This document shows, in pieces, positions 1-12,079 of a DNA stretch of 64,000 nt. Where the stretch lies: positions 4,316,349 through 4,380,348 of the forward strand of contig NW_003314262.1 of the NCBI RefSeq assembly GCF_000143415.4, given 5' to 3'. Made by a program: the position numbers and the translations under genes. Every line of letters starts with the position of its first letter. The first letter of the stretch is position 1. Source of the stretch: Selaginella moellendorffii. Lineage: Eukaryota > Plantae > Lycopodiophyta. The notes beneath the pieces were generated by a model. It was not told the origin of the DNA, made no database searches, and was given only the letters and a program-made list of their open reading frames with translations.

Positions 1-3000
1 AAGATCCATCTTGAATCCTATCTTTTGTTTCATGGTTTGTTGGGGATTGTGGATGGGACAGAGTCATCACCGGCTCCAGGCTCTGAGATGCGTGATTGGA
101 ACCTTCGGGATTCCAAGGCTAGAGGGAGTATTGCAATGTGTTTGTCCTTGAATGTTCTCTTTGCTGCCCCATTGATTCCAAAGTCCATTGTGGTAGAGCT
201 CTGGAAGTGGTTGAGCAACACCTACAGCACCAAAAGTGAAATGGATGTCTTCAACATCCATTCACAAATGGACTCCTTGATGCTAGAGGAAAATGGCAGT
301 ATCCAGACTCACACTGCCAAGCTCCATGGTTTTTTCACACAACTTGTGGCTACTGGGGTGAAGCACAGTCTCACGAATGAGCAGCAAAAGCTGTGGCTCT
401 ACAGGTCCTTGCCAGCTAGCTGCTCTCTCGCTTCATATGGCCTCAATGTTGCGAAGTCTCCTCACGGCATTTGCCTAAGTCATCATTGGTTGGAGAAGTA
501 GGCTCTCAACTGCATTATGCTTCGCAAGCTTCTAGTGATGCCAAGGTGGCAAAACTGCATGCAACTGCAAATGCCTAGAAAGGGCAAAATTCTATGGCAT
601 CTAAGCGTGCCAAGCCTAGACTTGCCAATAATCAATGTGCTCGCTGCTTGGAGATGGGCCCACTAGGCTCGAGATTGCACTGCTCTAAAGCCTGTCAAGC
701 GATTAGCTACGACGGCAAAAACCAATCTGATGGAATTGCTATAGCAAATGAGGCTGCTAAGGAACTTTACAATGCAGAGGCAATTGCAGCACTAAGCAGG
801 TGGCTCCTAGACTCTAATTATACTAATCTTATGGGTAATAAGAAAAGTCTTTTTGAGTGTTATCAGCCGAGCATTGAAAAACATGGTATTCATTTAAGTG
901 ACAATACCACTATCCCCGTGGAAGGCATTGGGCAATTTTGGCTCTCACTTGATCATGGGAGGACCATGGCCTTTGATGGTCCCATGCATGTTTCCACCTT
1001 GTGACGAAATTTAATGTCCATCACCAAGATATGTGATCAAAATGCAATGGTAGTCTTTGATGCAAAGGGAGTCTCTTTGGTTGACTCTAGTGACTTTCAC
1101 ATGCTTGGTACACAATTGCTTCGTGGGTCACACATTGGGACTTGTATGAGATTATTGCTGCCGATCAAGTTTAGACCTTTCAAACTGTGGAGGTAGATTC
1201 TCATGTGGAGCTTTAGCATAAGAGACTTGGTTATGTCCATTATCAATCTTTTCAATGGATAAAATCCCAAGATATTGTTACTGGATTGGATTTCCAACGT
1301 ATCCCATCTACATTTTGAGAAGCTTGTGTTTTAAGCAAGCATCACCACCAGAATTTTTCATCGAGCAAGCATCAAGCAATTGGACTTTTGAACTTGGTCT
1401 ATTCTGATCTTTGCAGCCCTATGAATATGCCAAGTCATGATGGTGCTAGATATGACTATAGCCATCAAACATGCACTCACTTCTTGATGCGTAAGAGTGA
1501 TGCAATTGCTGCCTTTCAAATGTACAAGGCCTATGCTGAAAATCTCCTTGGTCGAAAGATAAAAGCTCTTCGAGTTGATGGTGGTTGTGAATACCTCAAC
1601 AATGAGCTTCAGGGCATCTATCATGATGTAGGTATACGATTGCAAGCCACAGCCTATTACACCCCCTAGCAATATGGTATTGCAGAAAAGAAGAATCACA
1701 CTTTTGTCAATGCTACTCACGCTTTGTTAGCTGATGCACATCTTGACAAGATGTTTTAGAAGCTAACTTGGGCTCTGCAATGCATGTCCAAAATCGCCTT
1801 GCCATGGCTGCTTTGGATGGAAAAACCCCTGAGGCATTTTGGATAGGTTCTACTCCTGATGTGTCCCACTTTCGGGTTTTTGGTTGTGCAGCATATGCAC
1901 ATACCCCTGATCAACTTCGGAAAAAGTTAGATCCCAAAAGTAAAAAATTCATCTTCGTACAAGACAACACCATTGGGAGAAAAGCTTAAAAGTTGTGGGA
2001 TCTTGCATCTTACAAAGCTTTTGTAAGCACAGACATCATGTTCAATGAAGATGACTTTCCTATGCCTACAGAAGCTCTTCAAGATCCTTCTTTCATTGCT
2101 GAGACTCAACTTGTTCCTTTGATCCCACTTATGGGAGATGGTCCACTTTTGCCTCCGCCTCAAAATCTTATTCATGAGTTGCCACTAGAGATTCCATTGG
2201 GGAATCCTCCACTTTTGGACATGCTTGAACCAGCTGATGCTCCTCCAGTCGAGGATAGGCCTCCGACACCTCCACCACCTTATTGATATCGTGGCATGCC
2301 TGATCCGATGCCAGTTCTTGATCACCCTCGGGAACGTCAGCCCTCATTGAAAGTCCGGGAAAATGCTAAAGCAGATGTTGCAGAGCTTGATGACTTTTGT
2401 GGCCTTGTTGACATTGGCATCCCCATGACCTATGATGAGGCCGTCTTAGGACCTGAGGCTCCATCTTGGATGGAAGCCATTGCGGAAGAAGTTTTTTACA
2501 TTCGGGTTAACGGAACTTATGTTTCAGTTGATTCAGCGCCATTGGGATGACGTGCTTTGGATCCAAAATGGATTTTTTCTAAAAAGTATGGGAAAGATGG
2601 TCAGGTTGTACATTATAAGGCACGGTTGGTTGTTCACAGTTTTCACCAAATTCATGGCCTTGACTACGATGAAACATTCTCACTGGTTGTAAAAATGGCC
2701 AGTCTTTATACTCTTTTTGCACTTGCGGCTGCTCGCAAATGGCAAGTCCACCATATGGATGTCAAAACTGCATTTTTGAATGGGGATTTGCAAGAGGACA
2801 TCTATATGCATATACCTCCTGATTTTGACTTATATAGCAATTGCGGAAAGCTTTGTATGGCCTAAAACAGAGCTCCTGTATTTGGTATCAAAAATTTGAT
2901 ACCATCCTACGTGCTCAAGGCTTTCATCATTGCCATGCTGATCATAATGTGTATGTGAATGGTCATGTTGAGAGCATGCTTATTGTGGCCCTCTACGTTG

Positions 3001-4055
3001 ATGATTTTCTCATTATGGGTGATGACATGGATGCCATTGTTGCTCTGAAAGCTGCCTTTAGTCAGCAATTCTAGATGAAGGACCTTGGCCAAGTCTCCTA
3101 CTATATACATATATACATATATATACATATATATACATTGGTTTTGAAGTCACATGTGATCCTGAGTCTGGTGGTTACATGTTTAGCCAGCGACATAAAG
3201 TCGAAGTCTTGCCGAATCGGTTTGGTATGCATGATTGCCACCCCATCAAGACCCCAATGGTTGCTGGTGCTATTGACCTCACAGTTGAGCAGTTTGGTGA
3301 GCCTCTACCCCCTGGGATTCCCTATCGACATCTCATTGGTTGCCTCATGTATTTGGCCATATGACTCACCCTGACATCATATATGTGACTATTGCCTTAA
3401 GTCAGTAAAACACATCACTAACCACCATACATTGGCAAGCTGCCAAGCGTATCATGAGATACCTCCAGGGCACTATGGACTACGGCATTGGTTATTCAGG
3501 GGGTGATGCATCATTGACATACTACATGGATGCTAGTTTTGCCAACAACAAAAGCCATCGCTCGACTTTTGGCATTTGCTTTTCCTTCTCAAGAGGTGCC
3601 ATCACATGGGCCTCCAAGCAACAATCTGTGGTGGCACTTTCTAGTGCAGAAGCAGAGTACATCGCACTCAATACTGGTAGCAGGGACGTGGTCTGGGCTC
3701 GATGGTTACTTGCTGAGCTGGGATGTGCACAAGCTGGCCCCACTACCTCTTGGTGTGACAACTGAAGCAGCATTGCCATGTCTAAGAAATTGGACTTTAA
3801 ATTGGACATTAAAGTCCAATTTCACTACGTGCATGAGTTGGTTGACAGTGGCACCCTGGCCATCCAACATCTCGGGACACAAGACATGCCAGCTGACCTT
3901 CTCACCAAGCCGTTGGGGCCACACCAGTTTCAGCTCCTACGTGACAGATTTAGTTTGGTGAGTGGCTTCGGTTTGGGGGGGAGTGTTACACAACACACTT
4001 TGCCACGTGGACATTAGGGTTTTCCTGTTCTATCTGCACTTTGATCCCGATTTGT
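1..4055 (+). mobile_element. Degenerate Ty1/copia LTR retrotransposon (gag, PR, INT, RT, RNase H, PPT, start of 3' LTR); 5' end outside the window
   Basis: Broken ORFs in copia order: gag-like (25-501), WLLDS protease, VYSDLCSP/LRVDGGCEY integrase, YKARLV/HMDVKTAFLNGDL/LYVDD RT, SSAEAEY/ADLLTKPL RNase H. PPT GGGGGGGAG at 3975-3983 is followed by TGTTA. Many stops and frameshifts. Confidence 0.95.
3102..3138. repeat. (TA)n/TACA microsatellite inside the copia RT
   Basis: tatatacatatatacatatatatacatatatataca interrupts the MKDLG...LG motif. Confidence 0.85.
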
Positions 4056-4084
4056 CTCAGAGCTGTAAAACGTTGAATAATGTT

Positions 4085-4400
4085 GCATGCCATCGCAGCC
4101 GGGGAGCTCTGCCTGGACAAGCCTGCTTGCTTCTTGCCAGATCCATAGCAACGCATGGCAAGCCGCCAGAGCCGGGCGGTATGCTAAAGCACCAGTTTTG
4201 CTCACCAATGTCCTCGTCGAGAGTCACTAAGTGTCGATGAAGAACACAAAACAATATCCTCCATGTAGAGCTGTAAAACGTTGAATATTGTTGTGACGCT
4301 TCGATACTGTCAACTTGAAATTTGTAGCAAAATAGCCTGTTCTCACAGGAGCAGCGTTTCACAGACGTCAAATTCATATTCTAGTGGCTCGTAGATTTTA
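4085..4400. pseudogene. Fragments of PPR (+, ~4085-4230) and GT29 (-, ~4290-4400)
   Basis: gcatgccatcgcagccggggagctctgcctgga matches the PPR copies; caggagcagcgtttcacagacgtcaaattc matches the GT29 exon at ~17245-17300. Confidence 0.75.
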
Positions 4401-4669
4401 GATTGCCTCCTTAATATATTTCTATGTCGTGAGCCATAAAACTTTTTAACTTATTGTCTTTATAGTCCTACTGTGACGCATTTAACCTCACAGTAGTGTT
4501 CGTCAGCGAATTGTTGTTAACAAACAAGTACCAAGAAAAAAATTAAAGAAAGCACAAACATCGGATTCCATTTTTTTTATGTTCCCATGCGCTCCACGTT
4601 GTGGTAGTATAAAATGGCGTACTTTCCAGCCTAACGCTCACTCCTCTCTAGTGTGTTTCTTATAAGATC

Positions 4670-5708
4670 ATGGCTCTCACAGCAGCTCCAAAGTTCTACA
4701 GCATCGAATCAGTTGCTTATCCTGGCTACTATGTTACTCAGCAAGGCACCCAGATTGTTCTCAAGTCCAAGGACGCGCTCAATCCCTTCCAGGTAATCCG
4801 TGATCCAGATCTAGAACTTATCAAGATCACGTAGAACTTATCAAAGTTTTTATCATCTTGGTTTTGATGGGTAACTCTTCTGCAGCTGTGTTTGCTCAAA
4901 ATGAAATGAAAGGCTAGACTATGATCCGGCTGTCGAGGACGATTCTCTCCTCTGGTCTGTTGGCCAAAGCTCGGACGATCAAGTTTCGATCACAATGACT
5001 GTGCCGGTGGTGACATCCACCAGCGGTGGAAGCTCCCGGTGGAAGCTCGTCACTTACGGTAATCCTCTGGACTTGTGGCCAATTCCCTTTGATCTTCTCG
5101 TTGTGCTGCACAGAGCCTTCTCAAGTGTACAGGATTCTGTGTCACTGGTTTGGGAAGTACTTGACTTGGAAGCCGTCACTTTCAAGGATGCAATCAAGCA
5201 CAACGACGAGACAAATGTGGTTGCTGTTAGTCCAAACAACATTTCTCTCAACGGCATGGTTTGTAACTTTGATCTGACACTATCATCTTGGATCTCACAT
5301 GTGTTATCATAATAGATATGGTACAAGGTCCCCGCCAGAGGCCGAGACGATACCACGTACTTCACTCGTTCATCCTCATAAACAAGGTGACTGGTTTAGC
5401 ACTCAAAGGGTCAACAAAGCCGGGAGACAAGGTACTCTTTGAAAACTTTGAGGAACTTTGCAAACTAAACTTGACGATCATCGCAGGTGCTATTGACTCA
5501 ATATGATCCTCTCGACTACGACTTCATGTGGTCTGAGAACCGATTTCAGGCTTCAAACACGGACTATCTCGCGATCAATCTGGATGGAACAAATTTGCAG
5601 TGGGCTCTGCAGAACGATGATCAGTACCAGAACAGTGCGTGGTACCGGCATCTGCAAACCAAGGATATCTAGGCCTGGAAATTCAATCCAGTGGTGGCAG
5701 GCAGTTAA
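4670..5708 (+). pseudogene. Two-domain EUL-like lectin copy 1, internally deleted
   Basis: ATG GCT CTC ACA GCA GCT CCA start; exon 2 missing, deletions in exons 3, 4 and 6 relative to the copy at 7980. Confidence 0.85.
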
Positions 5709-5764
5709 CCATGAACCATGCTGTACTCATTACCAGTTTTCTTCTTGCAAATAAAACTCCCTGT

Positions 5765-6385
5765 TTGATCATGATCGGCTCGATCATCGTCTCTGCAAAC
5801 ACGATGATCTCAGGCTAATCTCCGGCAAGATCGCCTCAGCTCCCAGGATCTTCGAGATGTCCCCCGACTTCGTAAGCCCAAAGCGGCGATGTCTAGATTC
5901 TTCCACACCATGCCGGCTCGCAGCGGCGTCTTGTGCTCCAGGCCTGGCCAGAAAGATCTTGTTGGATCGAAGTCCTGTCTCTTGGAACTGTCTCTTGGAT
6001 GATCGCGATTTACGGCCAAGCTGGTCGAATCGTCCGGTCCATCAAGATCATCCACAGCTTCCACCTGAAAGGAATGCTGCCGGATCAAGCCACGTTCGTC
6101 TGCGTTCTAGCTGCGTGTAGCCACGCTGGTCTGCTCGAAGTTGCGTACGAGATCTTCTGTTCCATCACTGTAAATTACGGGCTTTCCTTGCTCGGAGATC
6201 ACTGCCGCTGCATGGTTGATCTCCTCGGATGCTCTGGCAGGAAGAGGCCGATGCATGCCATCGCAGCCGGGGAGCTCTGCCTGGACGAGCCTGTTAGCTT
6301 CTTGCCGGATCCATAGTGACGCACGGCGAGCTGCCAGAGCCGGGCAGTATGCTAAAGCGCCAGTGTTGCGTCCTCGTCGAGAGTC
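5765..6385 (+). pseudogene. PLS/E-class PPR remnant
   Basis: PDQATFVCVLAACSHAGLL, HCRCMVDLLG, AWTSLLASCRIH; frameshifted. Confidence 0.85.
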
Positions 6386-6386
6386 A

Positions 6387-7548
6387 CTAAGATTTTTTTT
6401 GTTTCCCATGGCTGCGCTGCTGCTCCCGCTGTGGTCTGATGCACACCAGGTCCTCGAGCTTGTTGCCATCGATCTTGTACATCGTGACGCCTTCCATGGC
6501 GCGGTAACGGTGTTGAGCTTGACTTCTCAGGGAGTTCACGTTTGTTTTCTCCCACTTTGCGTAGTTTGAGTTCTTGCGGGTCTCGCTCAGGTCTTTTGAT
6601 CCTGACAGGCGTCCATTTCGAGATGAACTTCCCCATACTTTGCAGTTCCTGAAAGCTCCCTGGTCTTTGCCTGGCTTTCGTTTGAGTCCCATTGCTGCGT
6701 AGTAGGCTGCGTTTACTGTCGCTCGGGTCGGAATGACCGACCAGTCTTGCTTTCTGGCTTCTCGCATTGGAGAATACAGCCTCATTGTCTGTATACACGG
6801 AGACTATCAATGATAATCCATAGTCGTTTTTCTTACCCCGAGGCATTCCAACAGTTGATAGTAGGCTCTGCCTTGTAGTGGATTGTGTCCCTTGCGAGGA
6901 GCCGAGAAGTAACGAGTCCTATAGATGAAAAGAATGGTACAATGATAAGAAGTTGGAAGAAGTGTGAGTCAATACCATTCCGTGTAGCCTGGATCCACCG
7001 TAAAACCATACATATCCACCGAGTCACACATTGACAAGGCGAGCTCCAAAGACTTAATGCCTGTCCCTTTCGCTCCCCTGCCTCATTGAGCATCTATCTC
7101 CTTTCCAAACTCCGTCTTTAAAAGGGCTCCCGAGTTTCCCACCACCGCACACGTCCTAAACTGGCGCGGCCAAAACGGTGGCTTTGAAAAAGAAAGCATT
7201 GAAGTATCACTATTCTCCAACGAAGAAAACAAAGGCAAGAACATATAAGATCGAGAAAACTTACCACGCATTTTTGGACTTGACGCTGGAATGAATCAAG
7301 CGTAGAAGCGTCTCGATCTCACAAGAAAAAGAAAAATCCTGGGCGCTGCAAGCCTACATTTCTCCCGCAACAAAGATCGATCGATCCACATCCAACAATC
7401 GCAGCGAGATACCTTCCAAGAAGAAGAGCCCTTGGGGCGCCAGGAACAGGAGGCAGATCAAGGACACCAGCGCCGCAATCGCGAGTGGGAGCGACAGTAG
7501 CAAGGCTGACTGCCGCCGCTGCTGCTTGGGCGGCTGCTTCCACGCCAT
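6387..7548 (-). pseudogene. GT29 sialyltransferase-like copy with large internal deletions
   Basis: CAVVGNSG motif and C-terminal exon present; several middle exons seen at 16.5-17.4 kb are absent. Confidence 0.85.
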
Positions 7549-7659
7549 TTTTCGCCCCCTCCTACGCACGGATCAAGCGAGCTCCTCCCTGTAAACCTAG
7601 CTCGGGGAGCAATGCTCAGCTGTCAGATTAAAGCAGGCTCAGTTAATTAATATGTTAAT

Positions 7660-7719
7660 GGAGGTATAGCTCAGCGGCTGCAGTCCGACAGGTCACCAGT
7701 TCAATCCTGGTTGCATCCT
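7660..7719 (+). pseudogene. tRNA-Cys pseudogene (12-nt deletion of the D-arm 3' side and anticodon-stem 5' side)
   Basis: Matches 28354-28425 except for loss of tagagcaatcgg between CGG repeats and two substitutions. Confidence 0.85.
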
Positions 7720-7884
7720 TCGCCAATAATTTCTTCTATCAAAACAAATCTGTCAGCGTTGGTCTTTATAAGCTGGACGCCACCATCGATAACCTTTCAA
7801 CCAACGCTACAAATGGCAGGCACAAAGTCAGTGTAAGTGGAAGGCAGTGTAAGACACATGGGATAATGCGAGAGAAGCTGCCAC

Positions 7885-7893
7885 TATATAAAT
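7885..7893 (+). promoter_or_regulatory. TATA box of the type-A EUL gene
   Basis: ctatataaat ~90 nt upstream of ATG 7980; conserved at ~18298 and ~33775. Confidence 0.6.
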
Positions 7894-7979
7894 TGGCATA
7901 CGTTCAAAGAGCTCTATAACTTCACACTCACCCCTTTGGCTTCTCAAAAGCTTTAGTCTTTTCTTAAGAGTTTAGAGAC

Positions 7980-9266
7980 ATGGCTCTCACAGCAGCTCCA
8001 AAGTTCTACACCATCGAGTCCGCTGCTTATCCTGGCTATTGCATTACTCAGCAAGGCACCCAGATTGTTCTCAGGTCCAAGGACGCGCTCAACCCCTTCC
8101 AGGTAAAATCTTTGAAAACTTTGCCGGTTGTCGATCATCATGGGAAACTCTTGTGCAGCTGTGGTACCGGGATGAGTCATGGAACTTGCTGAACCAGGAC
8201 TCCGCGTTCGTGTTTGTAAACCACGGCTCTAAGAAAGCTCTCCGGTCCCAGGCACACTCAACGTCTCGAAGCAAGGTAAACAGAAAACAGTATTCATACT
8301 ATACACTGTTGCTGATCATATGGAATTTTGATGGCAAAAGGCTACTATTGGAGACTATGATCCGGCAGTCCAAGACGATTATCTCCTGTGGCGTATTTCC
8401 GGGAGCCACGAAAATCAAGTCTTGATCACCATGACTGGAAACAAGTCATTTTTTCTGAGCCACACTTCCTCAAGTGCTAGCTTCAAGGATGGGGTGCCAG
8501 TGGTGACATCCAACAGCGATGGAAACTCCCACTGGAAGCTCGTCACTTACGGTAAGCTCATGAATCATATGATTTGTTCTTCTCGGTTGTGGCTCATATA
8601 TATGATGATGATGCACAGAGCCTTCTCAAGAGTACAGGATTCTATGCCACTGGGTTGGGCAGTACTTGACTTGGAAGCAGCAAAATGTGGATGTAACTTT
8701 CAAGAATGCAATCAAGCACAACGACGAGACAAATGTGGTGGCTATTCATCCAAGCAACGTTCCTCTCGACGGCATGGTTTGTACTTTTGTCGTTCTTTGT
8801 AATCTTATCTCATTCTATTCGATTACATATAGACATGGTACAAGGTTCCCGCTGGAGGAAGAGATGATACCACGTACTTCACCTCGTTCGTTCTCATAAA
8901 CAAGGTGACTGGTCTTGCTCTCAAGGGGTCAACCAAGCCGGGAGACAAGGTAACTAGTGCACACTGTTGAAAACTTGAAGAAGTTCGCAAACTAAACGAA
9001 TTGGATGATCATGGCAGGTGCTCTTGACTCAATATGATCCTCTCGACTACGGTTTCGTGTGGTCTGAGAACCGATTCCAGGCTTCACTCACGGACCATCT
9101 CGCGATCAATCTGGATGGAACCAACTTGCAGTGGGCTCTGCAGAACGACGATCAGTACCAGAACAGTGCGTGGTATCATCCTCTCGTGCTTCGCCCGGCA
9201 TCTGCAAACCAAGTATTTAATACGCAGCAGGCCTGGAAATTCAATCCAGTGGTGGCAGGGAATTGA
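7980..9266 (+). CDS. Two-domain Euonymus lectin (EUL)/ricin-B-like protein, type A, 6 exons, ~324 aa, intact
   Basis: GT-AG splicing gives an open frame: YCITQQGTQIVL..FQLWYRDESW..FVFVNHGSKKAL..YDP..LLW..KDG..NSHWKLVTY, then a second domain WYKVP..FVLINKVTGLALK..VLLTQYDP..QQAWKF. Both align by eye with the EUL pattern QHWYKD/FALVNKATG/PYNP/ILWTES/NQRWKI. Confidence 0.85.
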
Positions 9267-9332
9267 CTATCAGCCATGTTGTATACATAAGGGACCGCTT
9301 ACCACTTTTCTTCTTGCAAATAACAAGACTTT

Positions 9333-9418
9333 TCACGGGAAAAAGAAGCTGAGCACTCCCCATTTGTTTCCTTTTTCCCATGGAAGCCATGAGTTTTCGT
9401 TCATTTCCAGTGTCTGCA
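9333..9418 (-). pseudogene. Captured fragment of the VTI1-like last exon
   Basis: Similar to 35764-35860 (cacgggaaaaagaagc...ttcgttcatttcca); repeated at ~19748-19833. Confidence 0.7.
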
Positions 9419-9487
9419 AGGATCGAAGATTTAAGAAAAAACAAAAACATTATGACTATCGAAGTGTACTATCATTCCATATAGACC

Positions 9488-10130
9488 ATAAAACCATACA
9501 TATCCACCGAGTCTAGAATTTACTACGTACCAGATCCCTTTGCAACCTCAAGCAGGTTTCTTACAACTCCACGAGCATCAACCGAAAACTCCGTTTCATG
9601 GCAACATGCTTTGTGTATTTCTGTGAAATGTAAAATAAATAAATAAATCAACTTTTGTGAGCTCTCAGTAAGATGCAAGCTCTAGATGATTACCGTGGTC
9701 ACTGGTGCCTCATTGTCTCAGATGACAATATCGCGAGCATCTGTCTCCTTTCCAAACTCCGTCTTCCAAGTTTCCCACCTGTCTCAAACTGGCGCGGCCA
9801 AAACAATGGCTTTGGCGATAGTATATGTTCTTGGAACAGTTAGCTGCACCCCTGCACAACGATATAAAAACCATCCATCAACGTGAAGCTTAGCTTACAG
9901 TTGTGCTATTCGTTTCGCAGCGTAGTCCATCCAGCCATCGGGACGTTTCCGATGCTGCAACCTCAAAGTGTTACTTCCAGAGCAATGAAGAGCAAGAAAG
10001 ACCGATCAATTCACATCCAACAATCGCGGCAAGATCTTGCCTCACCTTCGCAGATCAGGGACGCCAGCGCCGCAATCGCTGCCGGCTGCTTCTACGCCAT
10101 TTCTCGCTCCCTCCTCCCTCGCATTCTCTG
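9488..10130 (-). pseudogene. Heavily deleted GT29 remnant
   Basis: Patchy identity to 16400-17830 (ccgtggtcactggtgcctcattgtctc, aactggcgcggccaaaac). Confidence 0.8.
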
Positions 10131-10140
10131 TAAACCTAGC

Positions 10141-10189
10141 CAATCGCCTGCAGTCCGATAGGTGACTAGTTCGATCCTAGTTGCCTCCT
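10141..10189 (+). pseudogene. 3' two-thirds of a tRNA-Cys (remnant)
   Basis: ctgcagtccgataggtgactagttcgatcctagttgcctcct: anticodon GCA, T arm and acceptor 3' strand. Confidence 0.75.
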
Positions 10190-10271
10190 TATCCGATGAA
10201 TCCCATGCGCTCCACGAGGTTGTGGTGGTATAAAATGGGCCTAGATCTCAGAGTTACTCTAGATCTTAAGA

Positions 10272-11545
10272 ATGGAACCTCTCACAGCAGTTCCAAAGCT
10301 CTACGCCATCGAGTCCACTGCTTATCCTGGCTACTGCATTACTCAGCAAGGCACCCAGATTGTTCTCAAGTTCAAGGATGCGCTCAATCCCTTCCAAGTA
10401 TCAATCTGTATCAATCCAGATCTAGCATCTTGGTTTTGATCTCTTGTGCAGCTCTGGTACAGGGATGAGTCATGGCAGTTCCTGAGCGAGGATAACAGTG
10501 ACCTCTCCGCGTTGGTGTTTATAAACCACGGCTCCAAGAAAGCTCTTCGCTCCCAGTCATCCTCAACTTCCCGGAGCATTGCCAAGGTATATAAATCACT
10601 ACAAGTTTGTCTTACACTTGAATTTTTCTCTATCCAGCTTACTGTTGGAGATTATGATCCGGCAGTCGAGAACAATTCTCTCCTCTGGTCTATTTCCGGA
10701 AGCTCGGACGATCAAGTCTTCGTCACAGAGACTGGGAATTCGTCCGTGTTTTTGAGCCACACTTCGTCTTCGAGGTCCAGCTTTAAAGACGGGGTGCCAG
10801 TGGTGACATCTGCCCAGGGTGAAAACTCTAGGTGGAAGATCGTTGCTTATGGTAATCCTCTAGACTTCTGGTCAATTCCTTTTGATTTTCTCGTTGTGCT
10901 GCACAGTGCCTTCTCAAGTGTACAGAATTCTGTGTCACTGGTTTGGGAATTACTTGACTTGGAAGCAGCAAAATGTGGATGTAACTTTCAAGAATGCAAT
11001 CAAGCACAACGACGAGACAAACGTGGTGGCTGTTAGTCCAAACAACATTTCTCTCGACGGCATGGTTTGTGACTTTGTCTGACACTATCATCTTGGATCT
11101 CATTTGTATTATTGTAATAGGCATGGTTCAAGGTTCCTGCTGGTGGCCGAGACAATACCACGTACTTTACCTCGTTTATCCTAATAAACAAGACTGGTCT
11201 AGCACTCAAAGGGTCAACCAAGCCAGGAGACAAGGTAAGTCCTAAAACTTTTGAAGGACTTTGCAAGCTAAACGAAAGATACCTTTTTCATGGCAGGTGC
11301 TCTTGACTCAATATGATCCTCTCGACTACGGTTTTGTGTGGTCTGAGAACCGATTCCAGGCTTCAAACACGGACTATGTGGCCATCAATCTGGATGGAAC
11401 GAACTTGCAGTGGTCTCTGCAGAACGACGATCAGTACCAGAACAGTGCGTGGTATCATCCTCTCGTTCTTCGCCCGGCATCTGCAAACCAAGGATATGTT
11501 GAGCAGCAGACCTGGAAATTCAATCCAGTGGTGAACAATGTTTAG
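10272..11545 (+). CDS. Two-domain EUL-like lectin, type B, 6 exons, intact
   Basis: MEPLTAVPKLYAIES...; same intron positions as type A; ends QQTWKFNPVVNNV*. Confidence 0.82.
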
Positions 11546-12079
11546 CTGGGAATTTTATGTTCATAAATGAGATGAGAAGATGCTAGATGTATGCATGAAA
11601 GTTCATATGAATAATTACAGTTCTAAATGTTGAATCAGCTGCAGTATGATCAATATGTCATCAGTTTTTGTAATCAATTCATATACTTCCCAACAAAACG
11701 AATGTGTTTTAGGTTGACAAAAATGGAGCTAGGTGAGCCAAGACGGTTAACTAAAAAATATTCTCTTCAAATATGCTAAAAATATTCTTGTGTAATAAAT
11801 TAAAATTTGAAATATTTTGTCATTATAGCTATATATTAAATCATATATTAATAACAACTATACCTTATGTTGTAACTATAAACTATTTTATAATATAAGA
11901 TATTATCATAATTACAAATTATACAAAATCCACACAATCTATACATATAGAAGTATTATGTTGCTTTCTCCTTCTCTCTCACTTTTTTGCTTTTCTTTCT
12001 TCATTCTCTTGTGTATGATCATTGATAAGCTTTTACATTGCCTTCTCTTTAAAACACTTTAATACACTAAAAGATCGAA

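Noticed and set aside
5765-6385. PPR copies as functional RNA-editing factors
   Set aside because: Only one or two repeats plus part of an E domain, frameshifted in all copies
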